DNA of 64,000 bases from Pelagibacteraceae bacterium AG-461-B04 (GCA_003211835.1 QCRN01000006.1:2545-66544); one strand, 5' to 3'. Positions 36,663-45,214 are shown, counted from the stretch's first letter. Notes: generated by a model not told the origin, from the letters alone. A program made the numbers and translations.

Positions 36663-36714
36663 AAGATTATTTTATTTTAATTTATTAATTAATAAAATAT
36701 ATTGAATTCACACC

Positions 36715-37809
36715 ATGATTGATCAAAACATTAGAGACATTATTAAAAACCAAGACCCTAATACGGGAATGGATCAGCTTTTTTTCACCAACAAAGCATT
36801 GTTTGATCTAAGTTATGAGGCTGTTTTCAAGAAACAGTGGGTATTTCTTACTCATCTATCTTATTTTAATGAAAACAATACATTCATTTATCAAATTAAT
36901 GGCGGGTTTGTTGAAATAAAAAAGTCTAAAGATAATAATTTTACTATCTCATCATCTTTACCTGATATCAAATGTCATTTAAAAGTTTATGAAAGCTTAA
37001 TTTTTGTCAACTTTTCTGAAGTACCATATTCATTTGAAGAATTCATAAAACCACTAGAACCATATATTAAAATTCATGGCCTTAATGACGGCAAGATCGC
37101 ATTTCAAAAAGACTTTATATTTAATGCTTCCCATCTCGCAACCATTCACAACTTCAAAGAATGTGCACATTGTTGGGGAGGTGAGTTTACTCATAAAGAT
37201 TATTTAAGTGTTCATGGAGAGGCGTATTGTAATTCTTATGGAGCTGGGGTTGGCTCAGGAATTGAATCTCCTGAATTCAATCAACGTATAAAAGATTGGA
37301 CATTAGAAAGTCAAAATAAAGGTTTGTTTGTTGGCGAGTACAGTGAAGACACCAATAAATATTTTAGAATTGCAGAGCGCACTCCTTTACCTGAAGGCAT
37401 TATGTCTGAGACAATGGATGGTAGCTATTCATGCTCTTCATTAATGGGTGACTTTAAAACTATAGGACCAGATCATGGTTATACCGCTATTGGTTTTAGC
37501 CCATTCAATAGCTTTGTTGCCAATAATGAATTTGTAATTCTTTTTTTATTTACTCCTGTTAGTCAAAATAAAACAATCGTTACTCAATTTTGGGTTACTC
37601 ACAAAGATGCTGAAGTTGACATTGATAAAATGATTTTTCTTTGGGACCAAACGTCAACAGAAGACTCCCAATTGTGTGAAATGAATCAAAAGGGCATTGA
37701 AAGTCGAGCTTATCAGCCTGGAAAGTACGGCGAACTTGAGACAAGTTTGGTTCAATATCAAAAGTTCTATCTAAGTCATTTACAAAATCACGTTAATGGA
37801 CTGACTTAA
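36715..37809 (+). CDS. Rieske-oxygenase alpha-subunit paralogue lacking the Rieske cluster (catalytic-domain-only protein)
   Basis: 364 aa, collinear with ORF 28283..29521: FKKQWVFLTH / FKQWLMVDH, CHLKVYESLIFVNFS / CHMNIYQGLIFINLS, NFKECAHC / NFQECYHC, LWDQTSTEDSQLCEMNQKG / IWDVTTAHDTTIIENNQNG. The roughly 45 residues carrying CxH and CxxH are missing. Confidence 0.7.
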   Translation: MIDQNIRDIIKNQDPNTGMDQLFFTNKALFDLSYEAVFKKQWVFLTHLSYFNENNTFIYQINGGFVEIKKSKDNNFTISSSLPDIKCHLKVYESLIFVNFSEVPYSFEEFIKPLEPYIKIHGLNDGKIAFQKDFIFNASHLATIHNFKECAHCWGGEFTHKDYLSVHGEAYCNSYGAGVGSGIESPEFNQRIKDWTLESQNKGLFVGEYSEDTNKYFRIAERTPLPEGIMSETMDGSYSCSSLMGDFKTIGPDHGYTAIGFSPFNSFVANNEFVILFLFTPVSQNKTIVTQFWVTHKDAEVDIDKMIFLWDQTSTEDSQLCEMNQKGIESRAYQPGKYGELETSLVQYQKFYLSHLQNHVNGLT

Positions 37810-37823
37810 GTCAGGGATATAAA

Positions 37824-39194
37824 ATGGAAGTTGCTACACAAGCTGAATTTGATGAAGTATTAAGTCAGCACAATAATATTCAATATGTCGATGCAATCTT
37901 CACAGATTTATGTGGCTATGTAAGAGGAAAACGTTTCCCCGTCCTTGAAGCAAATAAAATTTTTTCAGATGGCGTTCTTCTCCCATTCTCCGCATTTTAT
38001 CTAGATGTTCTAGGAGGAGTAACAAACACCCTAAATCTAGGTTGGACAGATGGTGATCCTGATGGTGTTCTGGTTCCTGTTAAAGGAAGTATTAAGCCAG
38101 TCCCGTGGGATGAACGCTTCTTACAGGTATTAATCACAATGAGAAAAGAGCAAGAAAATTGGGGAGTGATACAAGACCCATCTGAGGTTGACCCTAGAAA
38201 TATTCTAAAAAAAGTTATGAAGAATTTTAAGAACACTGGATTGAAGCCTGTGGCTGCTTTTGAATTAGAATTTTATCTTTTAGACAAAAATAGGGATGAG
38301 TTTGGGAAACCAATACCTGCTGAAGGTGCTAATAAAACACATGTTTATGGCATGCCAGACCTTGATCTCTTCGGTAAGTTATTTGATGATATTAACAAGA
38401 ATTGCGAAATGCAAAATATACCAGCGACTACTGCTTCAAGTGAATTTGCTGCGGGACAGTATGAAATTAATCTAAAGCACACTGGAGATCTTCTAAAAGC
38501 CGCAGATGATGCTGCTTTATTAAGACGTATTATTAAAGAGACAAGTGAACGACATGGCTATGAAGCAACATTTATGGCAAAACCCTTTCTAGATCAAACT
38601 GGTAATGGAATGCATCTTCATCTCTCCGTTTATGATGAAAATGAAAAAAATATATTTGCTACTTCCAATCGTTACGGAAATAAAAAATTAAAAAGTGCTA
38701 TAGCTGGTTTTCAATCAATGTTTTATGATAGTTTTCCAATCTTTATTCCAAATCGAAATGGTTACAGAAGAATAGAAACAAGAAATTTCGTTCCTGTTAA
38801 TACAAGTTGGTCCTGGAATCGAAGAGATGTTTCATTAAGAATACCAGCTGGATCAAATGACGCAAAAAGAATTGAACATCGCGTAGCTTCATCAGATGCT
38901 AATCCTTATCTAGTACTAGCATGCTTATTAGCAGGGTTGCATAATGGCCTTACTAATGAATTGACCCCATCGAACCAAGTTGATTTTGATAATAATGAAG
39001 GAGCGGATAAAGAAGCCGATATTGATATGCCAAAAAATATGGACCAAGCGTTAGCGCGTTTCCAGTCTTCCAAACTATTAAAAAAATATCTTGGGAAAGA
39101 ATACCTTGATCTTTATACTGCTGCAAAACAAGGTGAAATTGATCATGTCGAGTCAAGTTTTGTTCCTCGAGAGGAATATGATCTCTATTTATAA
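37824..39194 (+). CDS. glutamine-synthetase-family gamma-glutamyl-amine ligase (PuuA/PauA/GmaS-like)
   Basis: 456 aa. FELEFYL, SEFAAGQYEINLKH, NGMHLHLSV and RIEHRVASSDANPYL blocks of the GS catalytic domain. Confidence 0.8.
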   Translation: MEVATQAEFDEVLSQHNNIQYVDAIFTDLCGYVRGKRFPVLEANKIFSDGVLLPFSAFYLDVLGGVTNTLNLGWTDGDPDGVLVPVKGSIKPVPWDERFLQVLITMRKEQENWGVIQDPSEVDPRNILKKVMKNFKNTGLKPVAAFELEFYLLDKNRDEFGKPIPAEGANKTHVYGMPDLDLFGKLFDDINKNCEMQNIPATTASSEFAAGQYEINLKHTGDLLKAADDAALLRRIIKETSERHGYEATFMAKPFLDQTGNGMHLHLSVYDENEKNIFATSNRYGNKKLKSAIAGFQSMFYDSFPIFIPNRNGYRRIETRNFVPVNTSWSWNRRDVSLRIPAGSNDAKRIEHRVASSDANPYLVLACLLAGLHNGLTNELTPSNQVDFDNNEGADKEADIDMPKNMDQALARFQSSKLLKKYLGKEYLDLYTAAKQGEIDHVESSFVPREEYDLYL

Positions 39195-39196
39195 TC

Positions 39197-39910
39197 ATGA
39201 CTGAATTACTTTTTAACAATGATGCTTACCTCACTCAGTCTGAAGCTGTTGTTACAAATATCGATCAAAACTCTATTCAACTAAATCGAACAATTTTCTA
39301 CGCTGAGTCAGGCGGACAGCCGGGCGATCAAGGAGAGATCATCTTAGGAGATCAAATTTATAAAGTTACTGACACCCAGAAAGGCAATTCTCCAAATGAA
39401 ATTATTCATTTAGTCGACAGTGATATTGATCAGAGCATTGTTGGTAAAGAATGTGAGATCAAAATTGATTGGGAATTGAGACAAAGTCATATGAGAATGC
39501 ATACCTCATGTCATATTCTGTGTAGTTTGATTGACGCTTTAATTACAGGTGCTTCAGTTGGTGCACAAAAAAGTAGAGTTGATTTTGATGTTGACCCGAG
39601 TTTGCTTGATAAAGAGGCAATGAATCAACAGATTGATGAAATTATCAAAAATAATTTTCCTGTATTCACAAAACAAATTTCTGGAGATGAATTTAGAGAT
39701 AATCCCCATTTAGCAAAAGGCGCTGCTGTTAGCCCTCCCATAATTGATAACAAAGTACAAATTGTTCAAATTGGTGAAGACAAAATTTTAGATATACAGG
39801 CGTGTGGAGGCACTCATGTGAGATCAACGGGTGAGATTAAAGGATTAGAGATTGGAAAAATTGAAAATAAAGGTAAAAGAAACCGAAGAGTGAACATAAG
39901 GTTTAAATAA
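39197..39910 (+). CDS. AlaX-like protein (Ala/Thr-tRNA-synthetase second additional domain, metal-dependent hydrolase)
   Basis: 237 aa. Zinc motifs HTSCHIL (HxxxH) and CGGTHV (CxxxH). Confidence 0.7.
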   Translation: MTELLFNNDAYLTQSEAVVTNIDQNSIQLNRTIFYAESGGQPGDQGEIILGDQIYKVTDTQKGNSPNEIIHLVDSDIDQSIVGKECEIKIDWELRQSHMRMHTSCHILCSLIDALITGASVGAQKSRVDFDVDPSLLDKEAMNQQIDEIIKNNFPVFTKQISGDEFRDNPHLAKGAAVSPPIIDNKVQIVQIGEDKILDIQACGGTHVRSTGEIKGLEIGKIENKGKRNRRVNIRFK

Positions 39911-40695
39911 TGACGAATATTCTCATCAGAAGTGATAAAAATTCAGTTACTACATTAAGTTTGAATGACCTTCCAGCAAACAGTCTAAGTATGCCTATGA
40001 TGGGAGAAATTCAAGATGAACTAACAAGTATTGATCATGATGACTCTATTCGAGTTGTAATTATAAAATCTGAAAGTGATAAAATATTTTCCTCAGGACA
40101 TAATTTAAAAGAGGTAAAAGGCTTTCTTGATAATAATGATACTAAATCTCAAGTTGAATTATTTTCAACGTGTTCCTCAATGATGAAAAAAATTCAGGCT
40201 TTAAGTAAGCCAGTCATTGCGCAGGTCAGAGGCATAGCAACTGCAGCTGGTGCACAATTAGTCGCCTCATGTGATTTAGCTTATGGATCATTAGACTCAA
40301 AATACGCAACTCCAGGAGTAAATATTGGATTATTTTGTCATACACCTCAAGTTGCTGTCTCAAGGACAATCGGCAGAAAACCAATGATGGAAATGTTGTT
40401 AAGTGGAGAACCGATTTCGTCTGAAAGGGCTGTACAAATTGGATTGATCAATGCTGCGGTTGATAGTGCAGATTTAGAAAAAATAGTTGAAAAGTCATGC
40501 AATGATATTTGTAATAAATCAGCTGCCGTTATTGCCATGGGAAAGAAAAGTTTCTACCGTCAAAGTGAAATGCCATTAACTGACGCTTATGACTTTACGA
40601 GTGCAGAGATGGTAAGGAATTTAACACTCAATGATGGCAACGAGGGAATATCTTCTTTTCTTGAAAAAAGAGATCCAAACTGGTCTAACGACTAA
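39910..40695 (+). CDS. enoyl-CoA hydratase/isomerase (crotonase) family protein
   Basis: 261 aa. FSSGHNLKE and RGIATAAGAQLVASCDL oxyanion-hole blocks. 1-nt overlap (TAATG) with the upstream gene. Confidence 0.8.
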   Translation: MTNILIRSDKNSVTTLSLNDLPANSLSMPMMGEIQDELTSIDHDDSIRVVIIKSESDKIFSSGHNLKEVKGFLDNNDTKSQVELFSTCSSMMKKIQALSKPVIAQVRGIATAAGAQLVASCDLAYGSLDSKYATPGVNIGLFCHTPQVAVSRTIGRKPMMEMLLSGEPISSERAVQIGLINAAVDSADLEKIVEKSCNDICNKSAAVIAMGKKSFYRQSEMPLTDAYDFTSAEMVRNLTLNDGNEGISSFLEKRDPNWSND

Positions 40696-41594
40696 CGTCT
40701 AATTACATATTTATCAGGTACAATTTCTTTTTTAAGTATTTTTTCTCTTCTCAGAATAGTTAGTGAAGAAACAATAATGAAAAATGCACCAATATATGTA
40801 TTCCATGCAGGAATTTCATTCCAAATAAAATAGCCAAAGATTATTCCATAAATCAAACTCAAATACTTTAAAGGCGTAACAATTGATACTTCAGCATTCT
40901 TGTATGCTTGAGTTAAAGCGAGGTTTCCAATACCTCCACTAATCCCAACTAACGCCAACATGCCAAAATCAAATAAAGACACAGGCCACCAATACCAGCC
41001 ACCAAAAGGGATTGTAAATAGAGAAGCAATTATTCCGAAAATTGTAAAGTATAAGGCTATTAAGTATGTAGGCTCTGTTTCACTTAACTTGCGTATCGAA
41101 ATTGCAACTATTGAAAAAAATATACAAAATAAAATTGGTAAGATCATATAAAAGTTAAATCCGGATGATGTTGGATTAACTATTACTAAAACTCCAATGA
41201 ACCCAATTGCAATTGCAGTCCATCTCCTGCTTCCAACTATTTCTCCAAGAATGAAAATTGATAATAATGTACTGAAAATAGGCGATGCGAAAGTAAGCGA
41301 TACTGTTGTTGCCAGAGGTAAGAAATGTAAGCTTGCGTAGACACAAAATAAAGCAATTGTTCCAGCTAAACTTCTAATAAAATGAAGTCCAGGCTTTGAA
41401 GTTGTTAATAGATGTGCCCATCGATCACGAGGTATTGTAAATACAAGAGGTATTAAGCCTCCTATCATTCGCCAAAATACAACGTAACCAATACTGTAAT
41501 CTTCTGTAGTCCATTTTACTGCCAAATCCATTAATGCAAAGCCAGTCACACTGACGAGCATAAAAAAAGCACCAACTTTTATATTATTTTCCAT
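40692..41594 (-). CDS. EamA/DMT-family permease
   Basis: 300-aa 10-TM-type ORF, convergent with and overlapping the crotonase stop by 4 nt. Confidence 0.8.
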   Translation of the reverse strand: MENNIKVGAFFMLVSVTGFALMDLAVKWTTEDYSIGYVVFWRMIGGLIPLVFTIPRDRWAHLLTTSKPGLHFIRSLAGTIALFCVYASLHFLPLATTVSLTFASPIFSTLLSIFILGEIVGSRRWTAIAIGFIGVLVIVNPTSSGFNFYMILPILFCIFFSIVAISIRKLSETEPTYLIALYFTIFGIIASLFTIPFGGWYWWPVSLFDFGMLALVGISGGIGNLALTQAYKNAEVSIVTPLKYLSLIYGIIFGYFIWNEIPAWNTYIGAFFIIVSSLTILRREKILKKEIVPDKYVIRR

Positions 41595-41653
41595 ATATAA
41601 AACGATCTAAGATTGCGATTACAAATATTAAGAATTAGACTAGCATAAAAATT

Positions 41654-42388
41654 ATGAACGTTTGGAAATATTTACTCGCTGCTTCTCTTGGCAACATGAT
41701 TGCAGGTCCTCTCGGAGCATTAGCTTTTACAGCCGGTGCATATTTTCTTGGGAAGAAAAACAACTTTAGAAATCCTGGTGCAAATTTTAATACGCAGCAA
41801 GGTGTTTATGCGCTTGGCTTAGTTGTGTTATGTGCAAAGTTAGCTAAAGCAGATGGGAGAGTCACAGATGATGAAATAAGAAAATTTAAAAAGATTTTTA
41901 AAATCCCTCAAGAAAACATGAAACAAGTTGGCGCTATCTGGAAGGAAGCATCGCAAACAAGCGCCGGATTTGAACCATATGCACAGCAACTAAGGGACAC
42001 TTTTAGCCGATCACCTCAAATGTTAGAGCAAGTAATCATAGGACTCTTTGAAATTGGCTATGCTGATCATGATTTATCTAATCCCGAACTAAAATATATA
42101 AAAAAAGTCAGTCAAATATTTGGAATTGATCAAGCAACTTTTAGCAGATTGAGAAATTCAAGACCTGAGTTTGTAAAGGAAGACCCCTACAAAGTATTGG
42201 GAGTTAATAAATCACAATCAACATCAGAGATTAAAAAGATCTATCGAAACTTGGCTAGAAAAAATCACCCTGATATTGTTAGGGCTAAGGGAATTACTGA
42301 TAAGAGTTTAATAACTAAAGCTAAAGAAAATTTTCAACGTATTAATGATGCTTATGAACAAGTTCTAAAAATAAGAGGTGAAAAATAG
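41654..42388 (+). CDS. DjlA-like co-chaperone (N-terminal anchor, TerB-like domain, C-terminal J domain)
   Basis: 244 aa. C-terminal DPYKVLGV...YRNLARKNHPD J-domain with the HPD tripeptide. Middle region LAKADGRVTDDEI is typical of TerB/DjlA. Confidence 0.75.
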   Translation: MNVWKYLLAASLGNMIAGPLGALAFTAGAYFLGKKNNFRNPGANFNTQQGVYALGLVVLCAKLAKADGRVTDDEIRKFKKIFKIPQENMKQVGAIWKEASQTSAGFEPYAQQLRDTFSRSPQMLEQVIIGLFEIGYADHDLSNPELKYIKKVSQIFGIDQATFSRLRNSRPEFVKEDPYKVLGVNKSQSTSEIKKIYRNLARKNHPDIVRAKGITDKSLITKAKENFQRINDAYEQVLKIRGEK

Positions 42389-42445
42389 GCATAATTTAAA
42401 TTTTTTTATCAGTTTAAATTAAATGACCACGGGATATACTTAGTT

Positions 42446-42595
42446 ATGGAATTTATGACATTTATTGCTGTTTGTATCTTAATCTATCTTGTATATTTAA
42501 TCCGTCAGGATTTTAAGGACCACTCAGTGCGTATTGAAAGCCAAATGCAGAGAGTTACTGAAGTGGTTATCAAAAGCCAAGACAAAGACGAATAA
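42446..42595 (+). CDS. hypothetical 49-aa single-helix membrane protein (below the ORF-track cutoff)
   Basis: Hand translation: MEFMTFIAVCILIYLVYLIRQDFKDHSVRIESQMQRVTEVVIKSQDKDE. One N-terminal TM helix and a charged tail. Confidence 0.3.
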   Translation: MEFMTFIAVCILIYLVYLIRQDFKDHSVRIESQMQRVTEVVIKSQDKDE

Positions 42596-42793
42596 TATTT
42601 ATTTTTTCTTACCCCAACTATTTCTTTTTCTATTCCTTATCAATGGCGGATAAGTACCAGTTGATAAGAAGATCTTGATAAATCTCCACTGCAAGAACCA
42701 TATTTTTTTTAAAACCTGAAACATTCTTAGGATTCTTTTTTTAATTAATTATTTTAATTCAATATTTTGGCAAATTCATTATAAATAATCCCT

Positions 42794-43399
42794 ATGAATA
42801 CCGACATATCATCTTTTAATCAGTGGATAGAGGCTTGGGATCATTTTTATGATAAAGAAAAAGAGCTGGTTGACTTAGACCCCAATGCCGCACTGGTGTC
42901 ATCCGTGAGTAGTGATGGTAAGCCCAATGCTAGAGTTATACTTATTAAAGATGTCAGCCAAGAAGGTTTCACATTTTATACAAATTATGAGTCACAAAAA
43001 GGGAAAGAACTTTTTCATAATTCAGAGGGACATCTAACATGGTACAGCCGTGCACAAGGAGCTTCAATTAGAGTTCAGGGAAGAGTCGAAAAAATAAATC
43101 CAAACTTGTCTGATGAGTATTTTTCTTCACGTGATCGTAATGCTCAAATATCAGCAAGCATTTCAAAACAATCTTATGATGTTGATAGTCGTGAAGTACT
43201 GGATAGAGAATTTCAAGAGTTCGCAGATGCACATGAAGGAAAAGAAATAAAAAGACCTCATCACTGGGGGGGAATAATCATTATACCTTCAAGAGTAGAA
43301 GTATGGAAAAGCAGAGATGATTATAAAACTCGACTGCATGACAGAATTGTTTTCACACAATCAAATGATACATGGATAAAGACCAGACTTTACCCATAG
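42794..43399 (+). CDS. pdxH: pyridoxamine 5'-phosphate oxidase
   Basis: 201 aa. PNARVILIKDVSQEGFTFYTNYESQKG, HWGG and RLHDRIVF blocks. Confidence 0.9.
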   Translation: MNTDISSFNQWIEAWDHFYDKEKELVDLDPNAALVSSVSSDGKPNARVILIKDVSQEGFTFYTNYESQKGKELFHNSEGHLTWYSRAQGASIRVQGRVEKINPNLSDEYFSSRDRNAQISASISKQSYDVDSREVLDREFQEFADAHEGKEIKRPHHWGGIIIIPSRVEVWKSRDDYKTRLHDRIVFTQSNDTWIKTRLYP

Positions 43400-43411
43400 A
43401 GTTTTTGTGAA

Positions 43412-43918
43412 ATGATAAAAATATTTTTAATATTTTCCCTCTTTATTCTGTGGCTACCCAACGTATCAGCAGATGATTTACCAACACCTCGATGGGTAAC
43501 TTCAAAAAATACAATTAATTGTCGGGCGTCATATATTACAGATGAAGATGGAAAAGCTATGGGGTCCATAAAATATCAATATGTAAAAAAATATTTTCCA
43601 TGGGAAGTCGTCAGGAATATTGATGATCTATGGGTTCAGGCTAGAGATCCTCTAACTGATGACTTATGTTTTCTTTTCAGGCCGATTCTATCACCTAAGA
43701 GAGCAGCAATTACAAAAGAAGCTGTATTGGGTTACAATAATCCTACAGAAAAGAAGGTCGTGGCTAAAGTTGAAAAAAATGTACATGGCATGATACTCAA
43801 AGCTGATACAGCTTTTATCTTGTTTGAGGTTTATTTAGAGGAAGAGGGTAAAAAAAGTAAATTCTATATTCCAAAAAATAAAGTTTTTGGCATCTATCCT
43901 AATGAAATCATCAATTGA
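43412..43918 (+). CDS. hypothetical secreted protein
   Basis: 168 aa with the signal peptide MIKIFLIFSLFILWLPNVSA. No family recognised. Confidence 0.5.
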   Translation: MIKIFLIFSLFILWLPNVSADDLPTPRWVTSKNTINCRASYITDEDGKAMGSIKYQYVKKYFPWEVVRNIDDLWVQARDPLTDDLCFLFRPILSPKRAAITKEAVLGYNNPTEKKVVAKVEKNVHGMILKADTAFILFEVYLEEEGKKSKFYIPKNKVFGIYPNEIIN

Positions 43919-43923
43919 GTGGT

Positions 43924-43952
43924 TTGAAAAAACACTTATTTTCTGATATAAT
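43924..43952 (+). promoter_or_regulatory. near-consensus sigma70 promoter of the LLM operon
   Basis: TTGAAA (43924-43929), 17-nt spacer, TATAAT (43947-43952). The start codon lies about 80 nt downstream, preceded by AAAGGGGAAG. Confidence 0.6.
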
Positions 43953-44038
43953 ACCTTCCTGAAGCGATACATAACTCACCATTAAAGGAAGCGGGATCGG
44001 TCGACTTTTTATTGTTAATTTAATAAAAGGGGAAGCTA

Positions 44039-45214
44039 ATGATTTTTTCTAAATTCCTAAACGCTACAAACTGGCATAAGCGTCCATATACTGAAATTCT
44101 TGATGAAGTCAGGGAGATTACAGATTATTTAGATCAAAATAGTAATTTTAGACAAGTATGGTTGAGTGAACATCACCTACAAACTACAAATAATTGGACA
44201 ATGGAGTGCATACCCAATCCAATTTTACTGGGCTCAGATCTTGCAGCCCGCACAAAAAATATTCGCATCGGATTAGCCGCAGCTATCGCAACCTTTTGGA
44301 ATCCTCTGAGACTAGCTGAAGATGTTGCGCTTTTAGATAACTTGTCATCAGGCAGGTTGGATGTGGGTCTCGGTCGAGGTGTATTTGGAAAAGAAGCTAT
44401 CCACATGAACATTGAGGCCGATTTAAAAGATCAGCCAAAAAACTTTAGATTGTTTGTTGAAACGCTAGACATATTAAAGAAAGCTTGGACGCAAGAATAC
44501 TTTTCACATAAAGGTGAATTCTATGAGTACCCAGCTCCAGAATTTAAATATTCTAATCCACTGTTGAATGAAACATCAGATGTTGTTGACCCGGAAACAA
44601 ATGTCTTAAAGAAAATCAGTATAGTTCCTAAACCGTTTCAAAAAAATCTTCCTTTATGGCAAGTAGTTGATAGTCCTAGTTCAATTGAATTTGCTGCAAA
44701 GAATGGTCTTAATTGCTTGATGTGGCTACCAACAATTGCTTCCTTGAAGTCACGCTTTGAAATTTATGCAAATGCTAAATCTGAGGTTGAAAAGAGAGAT
44801 GTTCCTATGGGCGAGGGAATTGCATTGGTTCGTGATTGCTTTATTGCCGATACAATGGAAGAAGCTAAAGAATTAGCGGGTGAGCATTTTTTAAGATATT
44901 TAGTATCTGTTTGTGGCGGAGGCAGAGGAGTAGGCATCTTTGCAAACCCTGGTGAGGAATTACCAAAAACAGATAATCCAATTGATCTTTTAACATACGA
45001 TTGGATCCATCCGAGAAACCAATTAGTAGGTACAGCTGAATTTGTAATCGATAAAATTCACGAATTAAAGTCAGAATTAAATCTTCAGCAGTTGGCAATA
45101 TGGTCAAATCCCCCTGGAATGCCTCACAATGCGGCGATGAAATCATTAAAATTATTTAATGAAAAAGTTGCTCCTCAATTCAGTGATGATAATTTAATTA
45201 AGAAAGTTTCTTAG
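44039..45214 (+). CDS. LLM-class (luciferase-like) flavin-dependent monooxygenase/oxidoreductase
   Basis: 391 aa. VWLSEHH motif and LDNLSSGRLDVGLGRG block typical of the bacterial-luciferase fold. Confidence 0.8.
   Translation: MIFSKFLNATNWHKRPYTEILDEVREITDYLDQNSNFRQVWLSEHHLQTTNNWTMECIPNPILLGSDLAARTKNIRIGLAAAIATFWNPLRLAEDVALLDNLSSGRLDVGLGRGVFGKEAIHMNIEADLKDQPKNFRLFVETLDILKKAWTQEYFSHKGEFYEYPAPEFKYSNPLLNETSDVVDPETNVLKKISIVPKPFQKNLPLWQVVDSPSSIEFAAKNGLNCLMWLPTIASLKSRFEIYANAKSEVEKRDVPMGEGIALVRDCFIADTMEEAKELAGEHFLRYLVSVCGGGRGVGIFANPGEELPKTDNPIDLLTYDWIHPRNQLVGTAEFVIDKIHELKSELNLQQLAIWSNPPGMPHNAAMKSLKLFNEKVAPQFSDDNLIKKVS

Noticed and set aside
36663-36714. AT-only inverted repeats (TATTTTATT...AATAAAATA, TTAATTAATTAA) in the amidase / Rieske-less intergenic region
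   Set aside because: Such pure A/T palindromes are expected by chance in roughly 10% GC spacer DNA. Only the ATTGAAT half-site at 36701-36707 is worth noting, and it is covered in a finding.
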